From Macrostomum lignano (Eukaryota), in NCBI GenBank assembly GCA_002269645.1, contig NIVC01004773.1:1-35322 (forward strand): 35,322 nucleotides of DNA, written 5' to 3'. Within the stretch, counting starts at the first letter, position 1; the number at the start of each line of letters is the position of its first letter. Both the position numbers and the translations under genes were made by a program. The notes below the pieces were generated by a model, which was given only the letters and a program-made list of their open reading frames with translations, searched no databases and had not been told where the DNA came from. This document shows, piece by piece, positions 12,404-24,483 of this stretch.

Positions 12404-14997
12404 CCCGGGTAGCATTTTGACGTCAATTTGCGGTTGCGTTGACGTCGCAAAAATTACCTTCGCAAATCTATTCACCCCAGCCCGTCTTCGTTGATATTGT
12501 AGTTTATTTTTGCAGAATTAGATGCCAGAGTCAATATGCATTTATAGTCATCATTTTGCTAGCTCAATTATACCTGTAAAATAGCAAAGAAGTAACCGTA
12601 AAATATTCGTTGAAAGTAGGTTGAAAAATCAACGTCAAACTTTAGTCATTACGGAACCCAAAATTTGACGTTTCTATGCTGCATTACTATATAATAACGT
12701 AAATTAAATGATTTTTATAACACTGAAAAAAAGTAAGGGAAAAAGTAAGGCTCGTTTTTTTACAGTTTTATTTTGTTAATACGTATTATTAAACTCGTAC
12801 ATATTTGAATATTTTGCTGCATGATAAATCGCTTTATATATATAGATCATAAGTGGCGTTGCTTTTTTATTTAGTTAGTGTTACCTGCTATATGATTTTT
12901 AGTTCTACTAGGCCTACTTTCTCTCTTCCCATTTCCTATCAGTACTGCTGTTTATATTGGAAATATACAGTAATAATAGCCTTGCCTACCACAAGTATTG
13001 CATTGATTACAACTACTAGAGTTAAACATAATTCCTATCAAAACAATAATTGTCTGGAAATCAAATTCCTACATACATACAGTTTGCAGAGAACTGCTTG
13101 ATTTTCGAATCAGTCTTACTCTCAGCCTAATCATATATAATCATTGGACCTTAGATATCATATCCAAGATTCAATTTCAAATTTTTATTTGGAAGGTGCA
13201 GTTGTTCTAGCATTTCTAGGCCTATCATACAAAAAATCTTGGCATACTTGATTTGAAATTAATATTTCTTGTTTCTTAGTTTTAATAATCAGCCATTTAA
13301 TGAGATAATATTTATTATACATGCTAAGTTCATGTTAGGCCTAGCATTTAAAATATACTTTAGTTTCCTAGTTAGCTCATTAAAATCTTTAGTAGGCCCT
13401 AATTTCTCATTGTAGCACTCTTAGAGCTACAATTTCCTTAACAAACTTATGCTTAGCTATATTCTATATTAAAACATATATTTATTAATGTTTTGCCCCA
13501 TTAAGTAGCCTATAGTTTGTTAATCATATTTAGACATATTTTAGACATTATTATAGAATTGCTAGGGCACTATTGTTTAATTTGTGGTTGAGCAGATTTT
13601 TTAGTTGAATAGAAAGTCTGAACAAAAGTAAAAAGATTTATAGGATTATGTATAGAAATCCTAAGACTAAGAGTAAGGCTAAAGACTTCTGTATAATATA
13701 GTTTTATATATTGCAATTTATGGATGTATAAAATATAACTTTACCAATGCATAAGTCAAAATCAAAAATATACTTTTTTCTGCCTATTTCAGATGGCCAC
13801 CTGGGTGAAGAGGACAGGAGAGATTGCTACTATATGCCATCAATGATACTAATTCCAACTCCTAGATGAGGAGGAGAAAATTCATTCCTATGATGACATC
13901 ATCCCTGCTTATTGGAACAGGTTGTCATGAAGGGATGTCTCAGCTAGTCAATTTGAGGAAGGAGTTGAGGAAGAGGATAACAATTCACCATTTGATTCAG
14001 TCTCCTCCAATTCAGAGACTGAGGACTATCAAGAATTTGATGTAGATCTTCTGAGTGAAAGACTGGGCAATATGCAGCAATATGCAACTACTCTCTATTT
14101 ATTTATTCTACAGTTCTGTTGTTTGCTGCCTTCATCCTTATATTTGTTTCAATGACACTGTTTTCAACATTCTATTCTGTTTTGTCAGTACTGTCGTTTT
14201 TGGCACTATTGTAATTTTTTCAACTTTTAAAATTTAATTTATTACCATCCTTTTCATAATTTTTCATATGCAAGCATCAACTTAATTTGTGTTAAAATAA
14301 CAATTTACGAAGAAAAGTAACATCCTATATCTAAATATACTAAATCTCTAAGGTTTGTATGCTTGCTTGTCCATAATATAACTTCTAAATCCAATGTCTA
14401 CAATATGTATGTATACAAGAGAAGATGAATATAAGGCTTTGTCCGCATGTATTCTTGTTTAATATTTTCTGGTAAAAATGTAACTATTAGCCAGAGGCGT
14501 AGCCAAGTGGGGTCATTGGGGTCATGAACCCCCCCCCCAGCCGGCTGATCCAGGCCAAATACAGGCAGCAGCCCCCCCTCCCCCGTCGCAGAGGCCTAGC
14601 ACCCCGCCCCCGGTTGCCGCTGTGACTGTGACCCCCGGAAGGAAATTCCTAGCTACGCCACTGTTATTAGCTTCTAGAAATAAGATGGGTACATGTACTG
14701 CCTACACACATTCAAAGAAAGTTGACTTCAGAATGCAAAGATAACCATCAATCATAAAGCCAGTAACATTTGTTTTCTTAAAAGACATCATACCAGTCAT
14801 TTCGTGCATTTAAAAGCCATTAAATCTATTAAATAAAGACGGTAAAATTTCGGTACATTTTGACGTCAAAACAACGTCACAGATCTAGGTCAAAATTACG
14901 TAAAAAACATCGACAGAATTGACGTCATTTCGACGTTACACTTTGACCTATTTTCAACGTCATTTTGACGTCGCGCAACGTCACTTTGCTACCCGGG
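12404..14997. mobile_element. Non-autonomous TIR transposon, CACTA/EnSpm-like (copy 1, 2594 bp)
   Basis: 11-bp TIR CCCGGGTAGCA...TGCTACCCGGG, many subterminal GACGT repeats and a 3-bp TSD TTG (12401-3 and 14998-15000). The superfamily assignment is inferred from the termini. Confidence 0.85.
14492..14663. mobile_element. hAT-like MITE nested in CACTA-like copy 1
   Basis: TIR CAGAGGCGTAGC/GCTACGCCACTG and 8-bp TSD CTATTAGC/TTATTAGC (7/8). Confidence 0.8.
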
Positions 14998-15174
14998 TTG
15001 TACTGTACGTTTTGATACTGTAACGCTGCATCCTGAGAATTCGCCGACTACCTCTTTCATGAATGTCTGCTAAGTTCGCGTGCAGTATCTGAGCAATGCA
15101 TTTTGTTGAGCAAAACAGTTCTAAAAAATTTTGTTGAAAGATGTAACGGGGTCTATGATTTTGCTATGACTAGA

Positions 15175-15242
15175 TGTTGCTATAGCCGGGTGTTGCTAGC
15201 CGGATGTTGCTAGCCGGATGTTGCTAGCCGGATGTTTAGCCA
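15175..15242. repeat. 14-bp tandem repeat TGTTGCTAGCCGGA
   Basis: Three perfect copies at 15191-15232 plus degenerate flanking copies. Confidence 0.9.
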
Positions 15243-17323
15243 GTTCATTATCCAAAATATTGAACACGGGATAAACTCCTCAGATAAAATTTGGACACGG
15301 CAGCCACTTTAGGCGACCCGGACCCGCGATTCGGCACCGGATGAGATGCAAATGTCGGCTAAACAAACGGGGAATCTGCCTAATTTAACGTCCCAAGTAA
15401 GCGAGAGGTTGGCAATGAAATACACAATGCAAGAGAAACAATCTTTAGTTATACTCGAATTAATAAAGCAAAATCAACTGTTTTGTGATCAATTTGCTAT
15501 ACTTTAGGATGCAGCGCTTCAATCTTTTAAAAACGCTCACAAAATAAGGAATTGCAGCTTTCAGAAACGAAAAAGCAAGTTCTTCACCAGCTTATTGTAC
15601 TCGTATAGTTCATTTTCCACTTCTGCACATCTGGTCGCTCACGCAGCATAGCTGAATTTTATGACAATTTAAACTGACATCGTACAAGTTCATATCTAGT
15701 TAAATTTTGAAACAGTCTTTTTGATGACACTGTTGCATGGGAGTTGCAATTTTGCTTGCGCTGTATTAATCATTCATTAATGTTGAATTGTCTGTATTTA
15801 AAACGATCATTTGCTATGTATGAAGTATGCGTACTACACTAAAACCATCTTGTTCAAGCCCTATGTTTAAGGGCGCACAGCTTTATAATATATTTTCAAT
15901 AATTAGTGTATCCGATCTATTGCAATGAAGAATTATGCATCCTTTACAAAGGACAGAAAAATTTCTGTCGATTTCTATAAATTTGTTCTGTTGGATGATT
16001 TCCTAAAACAAGTGCTTGGGCTGACGTGCTTTTGTGGCTGCTGTTTCTATCTGCGCTTACTTTTTGGTGACTTATTTAAGGACCAGGTAACTGTATAAAA
16101 AATAAAAAGAATGGTAATCTTCACTGCCATAGATATAGATCAAATGCAATCATTAATTTTGTGATGAAAAAAGTGATTTTTCGACCTATATCTCTGCAAT
16201 TTTTTTTCCAGGAAATCGACGACCTCATGAAAATTTAATTTACACGATCATTTTAATTTGAGTTTTACGTCCTGGACTCCTGTTATATACAGTGGTTCTT
16301 GTTGAAGGTTTCGAAAGTTTTCTCATTTGAAATAGCCTTTGGCTATATAGCCTCAACCTGTGTGTTTTAGTGTTTAATTTCCATTGAACCTCTCGATCTG
16401 GTTTGGTCTTACTGTACGTTACTCCGGTGGTGTTCATTTGTACAGTTCTACCAGTAGTAAAATGCAGGATTAATAGTTACTGCATGAATATGTCTTGACA
16501 TCAATACCATAATCGCGTCATACATTCATGCGTAACAAGTGTGTACATATAACAATACATACACATGTACATGTCCATGCATTTTTGATAATTTGTGTGT
16601 ATACTTCTAATTGATTTAACAAGAAATCGGTTTTAAAGCTCAATTTTGCTGGCTTATAAATTCAAATTGCATTTAACCTACTGAGAGTTGCGGTGTCGTA
16701 ATTATTTAATTTTTCCATATTAATTATATGGAAATAAAGCAAAGAAGCAAACTATTAATTTCAGGTCGTTATTAACGAAAAATGCTACTTTTCGAACTTG
16801 TGTTTACCGTTCAATTTTACGTTACGTTACTTCGGTGGTTTTATGAGTTTAATAATGATAAAAATAATCTTAATTCGAAATTAATTGAAGTCTTAGGCAT
16901 TCAAAATTGATTAATGTTCGTAGTTAAATTTATTTAAACTGTCTATGCCCTATGATGACTGATTTTGTTATATTTTTGTTTACATGTAGGCCAAGGCCTA
17001 CTACTACTAGAGTAGAGTCTAAATCAAGATTTGACATAGCGTTGGCCCTGACCAGCTTCTCTTACACAGGACTGTTTTTTATTTTTAGACTGCATATTCT
17101 TTATTGACCCTGCTTATTCATATTTTTTAACATTTTTATAATACATTTTGCCTAGGCCCCCTATTAGTATTATGTACTGTGATCATTTTTTCCCAATAGG
17201 CCCTAATAGCTAATATTAATAAAATTAGGACCTAGGCCTAATATTTTACTAATTTACTTAGGCCTATTTTTGTCATAATGCCTCAGGCGGTAAGCCTGAT
17301 CCAGTGTGCGGATCATGTACCCG

Positions 17324-17849
17324 TGTACGCCGGAAAAAATTCGGGCGTCAAGGACTTTGTATGCCAGTGTACGCCAAAAACAAAAAGTTGCACTAAAATG
17401 TACACCAAAAATTCCTAAAAAAGGTCATTCGGTTTTCACAAGTAGAGTTTTCTAGGAAATGCTTTGGTATGAAAAGTGTCTTTAAAATATTACGAATTTT
17501 TTCAGTTTAAACAAACTTAAATACTACCTACAAAAAATATTATGAAAAATTAATACTTTCAGCAAAATTTTACACTAATTTTATTTTTTTTAACTTAAAA
17601 TAAGCAAAAAGTTTATCATTGACAATATAAATTTTCCTTTACTTTACGTAAAAACGTTAATTTACTTTATAATTTTCATGCACGGCATGAATTTATTCAC
17701 CAAAATTTGTACGCCAAAAAAGTATGCGTGGCTGTGTTACTTGTGTACGCTAATAGTGTACGCCAACAAAGTGCGCCAGGGGTTGTGTACGCCGATTGTG
17801 TATGCCAAGGACTTAGGGTGGCCGTTTTGTACGCCGGAAAAGTTCCGGC
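17324..17849. repeat. Clusters of TGTACGCC motifs ending in a GC hairpin
   Basis: Six exact and about four variant octamers in two clusters, all in the same orientation. The hairpin is GCCGGAA-AAG-TTCCGGC at 17833-17849. Confidence 0.75.
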
Positions 17850-17854
17850 CTAAT

Positions 17855-20448
17855 CCCGGGTAGCAAAGTGACGTTGCGCGACGTCAAAATGACGTTGAAA
17901 ATAGGTCAAAGTGTAACGTCGAAATGACGTCAATTCTGTCGATGTTTTTTACGTAATTTTGACCTAGATCTGTGACGTTGTTTTGACGTCAAAATGTACC
18001 GAAATTTTACCGTCTTTATTTAATAGATTTAATGGCTTTTAAATGCACGAAATGACTGGTATGATGTCTTTTAAGAAAACAAATGTTACTGGCTTTATGA
18101 TTGATGGTTATCTTTGCATTCTGAAGTCAACTTTCTTTGAATGTGTGTAGGCAGTACATGTACCCATCTTATTTCTAGAAGCTAATAACAGTGGCGTAGC
18201 TAGGAATTTCCTTCCGGGGGTCACAGTCACAGCGGCAACCGGGGGCGGGGTGCTAGGCCTCTGCGACGGGGGAGGGAGGCTGCTGCCTGTATTTGGCCTG
18301 GATCAGCCGGCTGGGGGGGGGGGTTCATGACCCCAATGACCCCACTTGGCTACGCCTCTGGCTAATAGTTACATTTTTACCAGAAAATATTAAACAAGAA
18401 TACATGCGGACAAAGCCTTATATTCATCTTCTCTTGTATACATACATATTGTAGACATTGGATTTAGAAGTTATATTATGGACAAGCAAGCATACAAACC
18501 TTAGAGATTTAGTATATTTAGATATAGGATGTTACTTTTCTTCGTAAATTGTTATTTTAACACAAATTAAGTTGATGCTTGCATATGAAAAATTATGAAA
18601 AGGATGGTAATAAATTAAATTTTAAAAGTTGAAAAAATTACAATAGTGCCAAAAACGACAGTACTGACAAAACAGAATAGAATGTTGAAAACAGTGTCAT
18701 TGAAACAAATATAAGGATGAAGGCAGCAAACAACAGAACTGTAGAATAAATAAATAGAGAGTAGTTGCATATTGCTGCATATTGCCCAGTCTTTCACTCA
18801 GAAGATCTACATCAAATTCTTGATAGTCCTCAGTCTCTGAATTGGAGGAGACTGAATCAAATGGTGAATTGTTATCCTCTTCCTCAACTCCTTCCTCAAA
18901 TTGACTAGCTGAGACATCCCTTCATGACAACCTGTTCCAATAAGCAGGGATGATGTCATCATAGGAATGAATTTTCTCCTCCTCATCTAGGAGTTGGAAT
19001 TAGTATCATTGATGGCATATAGTAGCAATCTCTCCTGTCCTCTTCACCCAGGTGGCCATCTGAAATAGGCAGAAAAAAGTATATTTTTGATTTTGACTTA
19101 TGCATTGGTAAAGTTATATTTTATACATCCATAAATTGCAATATATAAAACTATATTATACAGAAGTCTTTAGCCTTACTCTTAGTCTTAGGATTTCTAT
19201 ACATAATCCTATAAATCTTTTTACTTTTGTTCAGACTTTCTATTCAACTAAAAAATCTGCTCAACCACAAATTAAACAATAGTGCCCTAGCAATTCTATA
19301 ATAATGTCTAAAATATGTCTAAATATGATTAACAAACTATAGGCTACTTAATGGGGCAAAACATTAATAAATATATGTTTTAATATAGAATATAGCTAAG
19401 CATAAGTTTGTTAAGGAAATTGTAGCTCTAAGAGTGCTACAATGAGAAATTAGGGCCTACTAAAGATTTTAATGAGCTAACTAGGAAACTAAAGTATATT
19501 TTAAATGCTAGGCCTAACATGAACTTAGCATGTATAATAAATATTATCTCATTAAATGGCTGATTAGTAAAACTAAGAAACAAGAAATATTAATTTCAAA
19601 TCAAGTATGCCAAGATTTTTTGTATGATAGGCCTAGAAATGCTAGAACAACTGCACCTTCCAAATAAAAATTTGAAATTGAATCTTGGATATGATATCTA
19701 AGGTCCAATGATTATATATGATTAGGCTGAGAGTAAGACTGATTCGAAAATCAAGCAGTTCTCTGCAAACTGTATGTATGTAGGAATTTGATTTCCAGAC
19801 AATTATTGTTTTGATAGGAATTATGTTTAACTCTAGTAGTTGTAATCAATGCAATACTTGTGGTAGGCAAGGCTATTATTACTGTATATTTCCAATATAA
19901 ACAGCAGTACTGATAGGAAATGGGAAGAGAGAAAGTAGGCCTAGTAGAACTAAAAATCATATAGCAGGTAACACTAACTAAATAAAAAAGCAACGCCACT
20001 TATGATCTATATATATAAAGCGATTTATCATGCAGCAAAATATTCAAATATGTACGAGTTTAATAATACGTATTAACAAAATAAAACTGTAAAAAAACGA
20101 GCCTTACTTTTTCCCTTACTTTTTTTCAGTGTTATAAAAATCATTTAATTTACGTTATTATATAGTAATGCAGCATAGAAACGTCAAATTTTGGGTTCCG
20201 TAATGACTAAAGTTTGACGTTGATTTTTCAACCTACTTTCAACGAATATTTTACGGTTACTTCTTTGCTATTTTACAGGTATAATTGAGCTAGCAAAATG
20301 ATGACTATAAATGCATATTGACTCTGGCATCTAATTCTGCAAAAATTAACTACAATATCAACGAAGACGGGCTGGGGTGAATAGATTTGCGAAGGTAATT
20401 TTTGCGACGTCAACGCAACCGCAAATTGACGTCAAAATGCTACCCGGG
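17855..20448. mobile_element. Same CACTA/EnSpm-like element (copy 2), inverted relative to copy 1
   Basis: Reverse complement of 12404-14997 with only a few differences seen. It has its own 3-bp TSD AAT (17852-4 and 20449-51). Confidence 0.88.
18189..18360. mobile_element. hAT-like MITE nested in CACTA-like copy 2
   Basis: Mirror copy of 14492-14663 at the equivalent position. Confidence 0.8.
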
Positions 20449-20527
20449 AATGCTATGGTCTAGATATATAGTATAGTAGGCCCTATATATACAATAATAT
20501 AGCCGGCCTAAGCTATGTTATAATTAT

Positions 20528-21214
20528 TAGAGCTGTCACGAGATCTCGACAAGACAAGATTTAAGACAAGATCTTGACATTTTTTCTCATCTCGAGAAAT
20601 CTCGAATTTTGTCAAGAAATTCGAAATGAGATTCAAGAATTTTTTGATACCTTTTTTCAAAAGCTTTGAAGTGATAGGCCTAAGATATAAAAGGGGAGCA
20701 AATTTTCATATAAATACAACTGTTTGTTGTAACACGCTTGATAGGGCAATTTTCAAATGGTAAAATCTAGCCAATGTCGAGCAGTTATTTAACGAATGTC
20801 GTTATATACGAATTTGCATTGCATATGCACTTTTTTGTTATCATTTCAGTTCTATAGCAAGGTGTATCATAGCAAACTTGAAGACAATCTACACAGGTCT
20901 TTTGACGAATTAGTAATAGACATAGTAGGGCCAAGGGCCTATATGCTACAAGCATAAATTCTTATGAATAAATAGCAAAGAATTTAAACTAGAATTAAGA
21001 AAGTATTCTAGAAAATCTAAAAAATATATTTTAGAATTGTATCTTATCAAGAAATTTAAGACAAGATAAGGCAAGATAAGAGCAAGACAAGATGCAATTC
21101 TGAAATATATTTTTTAGATTTACTTTGTCTTGTCTCGTCTCGAAATTCTCGACTTAAAAGCCTTTCTTGTCTCGAATCTCGTCTCAATTAAAATCTCTAA
21201 TTTTGACAGCTCTA
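20528..21214. mobile_element. hAT-like MITE (687 bp)
   Basis: TIR TAGAGCTGTCA/TGACAGCTCTA, perfect 8-bp TSD ATAATTAT and subterminal CAAGA/TCTTG repeats. Confidence 0.88.
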
Positions 21215-22140
21215 ATAATTATAGTCAAACCTAGCCTTATTAGGCCTACTATTAGTTCTATTAATATTATTTTATTATTATTATTATTGTTGTTATTGTT
21301 AGATTCTATTATTATATTATAATAGTAGGCCTAGGGCCTATTTTATTGAGTTTAATGCCATAGTTAGAGATTGCAAATCCCAGCTGTTTTACAATCCTAG
21401 GATCCTAGACAAAGCAATGACTCTATCCCAAGATCCCGGACCCAATCCCAGGATTGATATTTTAAATATTTTTGCTGATAGAATGCCAGAAAACCCACTT
21501 TTTAACATGTTTTTTAGAAGTAATAACTTTTCTATTTGATTTTACTAAAAAATGAAAACATGAATGTCAAATGTGTAAAGTAAATACATTTTATATTTTA
21601 TATACTTGACAGCATTACCAATTATCTATTATCTAATATATAATAATGGTTTCTTTTCTTGTTTTGTTATTTTCTATACTTGTAATTGTAACTTACAAAC
21701 TCATAATAAATGTAGCCTATGCAAATATAAGTTCATGATCACAATCATGCCTGACTTTGAAAATTTCACAAAATTTCATGCCTAACCAAAATTTTCTGCT
21801 TGTCCAACTCTGACCTCTAGTTTGTTTTACAAATTGCCTTTGGCTTAAAGTCCGATGCCCAAGGCAATTAGGCATGCTTTTGTTTCCTTCCAAAGCTTGT
21901 AGAAGTATATATATATATATAGGCTGATTTCAATAAATGTGTTGAACACCTAGCAGACATCAATAAGCCTGCAAGTTTACAGGTTGCAACAGAGCTAGCA
22001 GTTTGTGGCTGCACTGTCTTTTCCCCTTTTGTTGTCTATGGAAAAAAGCAAAAATGCATCAAAGTCATCTCAACAGCTTCTTAAGGATATTTTTCAAAAG
22101 GAAACAAAAGGAAAATGTTTTTATTTATGTAAAATTATAT

Positions 22141-22507
22141 AAAATGCATCAGGCAGATGCCTCATTGGTATCTTTCACTTGCAGCCAGAGCTGCAACTGG
22201 CAACTTGCATAGAGACAAAGGAAAAACTAAAAACTAAAACTGAATAACACAAAAATTATTAAAACAAACCCCAAAATTTTTTTACAATAGTAGGATAATT
22301 GTTTTCCACTAATAATTTCTATGTTTCCTTTAAAAAAATAGCTATACCCATTAAGAAAAAAATTAATATGAAATGCATCAGGCAGATGCCTAACTGGCAT
22401 CTTTCATCTGCAGCCAGAGCTGCAGCTAGCAACTCGTATGAAGACAAAGGAAAAACTGTCAAATGCATTAGGCAGATACCTCAGTAGCAGAGCTGCAGCT
22501 GGCAATC
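22141..22507. repeat. About 87-bp dispersed direct repeat (2.5 copies) inside the hAT derivative
   Basis: AAATGCATCAGGCAGATGCC...GCAGCCAGAGCTGCA...ACAAAGGAAAAACT at 22141 and 22371, with a partial copy at 22461. Confidence 0.8.
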
Positions 22508-22514
22508 TTCACAA

Positions 22515-22826
22515 TCAGCTCTTCGCAAAATATGCCCTGAGCAGCAGAAGCTTTGACAGTGTGCTATCATTTAGCCTGGATCTGACCTTGGTCAAAAATG
22601 CACTGGCTGCAGAGAATGCCTATTCTGCCTTGACACTGCTGGGCAGGATAGACATCAGCGCATCATAGAGGAGTTGCAGCTGCCTCCCACACTGCCCAGT
22701 GCTGCGCAGAAATTCCAGCTCCTTCCCAATCGATTGCTCAAGTGAATTGTCTCTCTGGTCTTGGCTGACTTCTTGTTGTTCTTGCAAATGACATAATTCT
22801 AAGGCCAGTTGCAGCCACTCCTCCAT
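22515..22826 (-). pseudogene. hAT transposase C-terminal dimerization domain remnant
   Basis: LMSILPSSVKAE*AFSAASAFLTKVRSRLNDSTLSKLLLLRAYF, with an in-frame stop inside the ERxFS motif. Confidence 0.85.
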
Positions 22827-24097
22827 GGTAGTCTAAGGTGTTTTATATAATTTGTATTTGTATTATGATTCACAATTCATAATTCGTCTTCGAGAATATA
22901 GATTTGAGAGTCATATCACGATCATGACTCACGACACAATTTCATGAATGATCACAAGTCACAAGTCTTGACGCGCGAATGTTACTTACTTGTGTAATGT
23001 ATTTAAAATACAAACATTTTGATATTTCTTGGAATATCACCCACTTTATCAAAAAAGTATCCAATCCCAGGATCCCAAGCCTTTAATCCTGGGATTCCTT
23101 CAGGCCAAAGTGTCCGGGATCCTGAGATTTGGGATCCTGGGATCCCAGGATGGCAATCCCTAGCCATAGTCCATTTCATGCTTGGAGTTACGCTGGAGGA
23201 AAAATGATGAAATTTCATCATTTACACCAGACTTATGCTAGGCTTATGTATCACATGCTAGGCATAATGCCTAGACTAGGGGGGGGGGAGGTGCAGGGTG
23301 CCCGTTTGTACAAACATTTTTCATTTAAAAAATATTCATTCTTGTTTCCATTTGTATATTATAATTAAAACTTTATAAACATATAAGTATTAAAAAGATA
23401 ATAATGTTCTTGCATTACAGCACATTTTTTTTTACTTTAAACTTTGTTTTACTTTTTATAAATACTTAAAATGTAGTTATTTAAATTCTCTGTTGTATTC
23501 AAATACTTGAAATAAGCTATGGTCATTAATGACCACAATCAACCACAGTCAAAATTTATTTCCTTTCAGGGAAATGTGCCAAAATATAATCTATAATTGT
23601 TTTTATGCCAGCCATTTATGCCAATCCAATTTTCTATTACTTCTTATGCCAAGCATTTAGGCCAAGGCTAATTTTTGTCTAGAATTATGCTGGAGATTTC
23701 TGGCATAATTGTAATGAAATGGACTATGGCCTAGGGGGTTTCTATGCTTTTTAGTACCTATGATTTTTGGCATGTTTTACTTGTATAAAGTATAATAAAC
23801 TTTTCAAAACTAAAGAACCAAAGGGACCTTTCAACTTAAATAAGATAAAAATAATATTTAGTTAATTTTAAATAAAAGTGCTACAAAGCATTTATTAATA
23901 GATTAGGACCTATTTTCAATTTTTGACATCTAGCTCTAGGTTTAGTTCTAATTTAAAATTTAGGCACTAAAATAAACTAGGCCAGAATACTAATATACTA
24001 GATATAAAAAAGAAAAGTATAAATATTGAAAATTTAGATATTTTATCAGGCCTAACTATTATAGCTTTGCCTTTAGCTTTGATAGAACATGCTTGGG

Positions 24098-24253
24098 CAC
24101 AATCTAGGGATTCACCTGGCTGTTTCTATTGGCAACACATACACCTAAGTTTTTATTGGGCAGAATAGTAGTCATGTGACTGCTCTTAGCCAATAGTGAC
24201 TTATATGTGTGTGTTGCCAATAGAAATGGTGAGTGATTCCCAAGGTTGCGCAT
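24098..24253. mobile_element. Small palindromic MITE-like element
   Basis: 17-bp perfect inverted repeat TTTCTATTGGCAACACA (24123-39 and 24210-26) with degenerate outer arms around a GTCATGTGAC centre. No TSD was resolved. Confidence 0.6.
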
Positions 24254-24483
24254 GTATATGATAGAATATTAGGCTCAATTTATTAGAAATATGATAGTTA
24301 AGCCTACTTTGTTTTTATCAGTTTGGCTATCATTCTCTATAGGGAAAAATGGCCAGCAGTTATGCTTTACACATGGGGCTAGTGAGACATTGCAATAATA
24401 AAAGTTTTTTTGTAGTTGCCATAACTATATGCACTACATATAGATTCCTCAAATTAATTTGCAAATATTATTGCATTACAGAA

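Larger units (their letters stand above)
21365..23162 (-). mobile_element. hAT internal-deletion derivative (1798 bp)
   Basis: TIR TAGAGATTGC/GCAATCCCTA, perfect 8-bp TSD GCCATAGT, subterminal GGGAT/ATCCC repeats and a retained transposase C-terminus. Confidence 0.88.
21357..23730. mobile_element. MITE (Harbinger-like, tentative) whose left TIR is split by the hAT element
   Basis: Removing the hAT element and one TSD restores GCCATAGTCCATTTCAT, the reverse complement of ATGAAATGGACTATGGC at 23714-23730. Internal TTATGCCA repeats are present. Flanks are TAA/TAG and imperfect. Confidence 0.6.

Noticed and set aside
12853-19999. Mirror-image ORFs of 82 aa and 60 aa
   Set aside because: They are chance ORFs in AT-rich transposon DNA, duplicated by the inverted copies.
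12404-20448. One giant element with 2.6-kb TIRs, or an assembly fold-back artefact
   Set aside because: Each arm has its own TIRs and its own distinct 3-bp TSD, and the outer flanks (TTG versus AAT) do not match.
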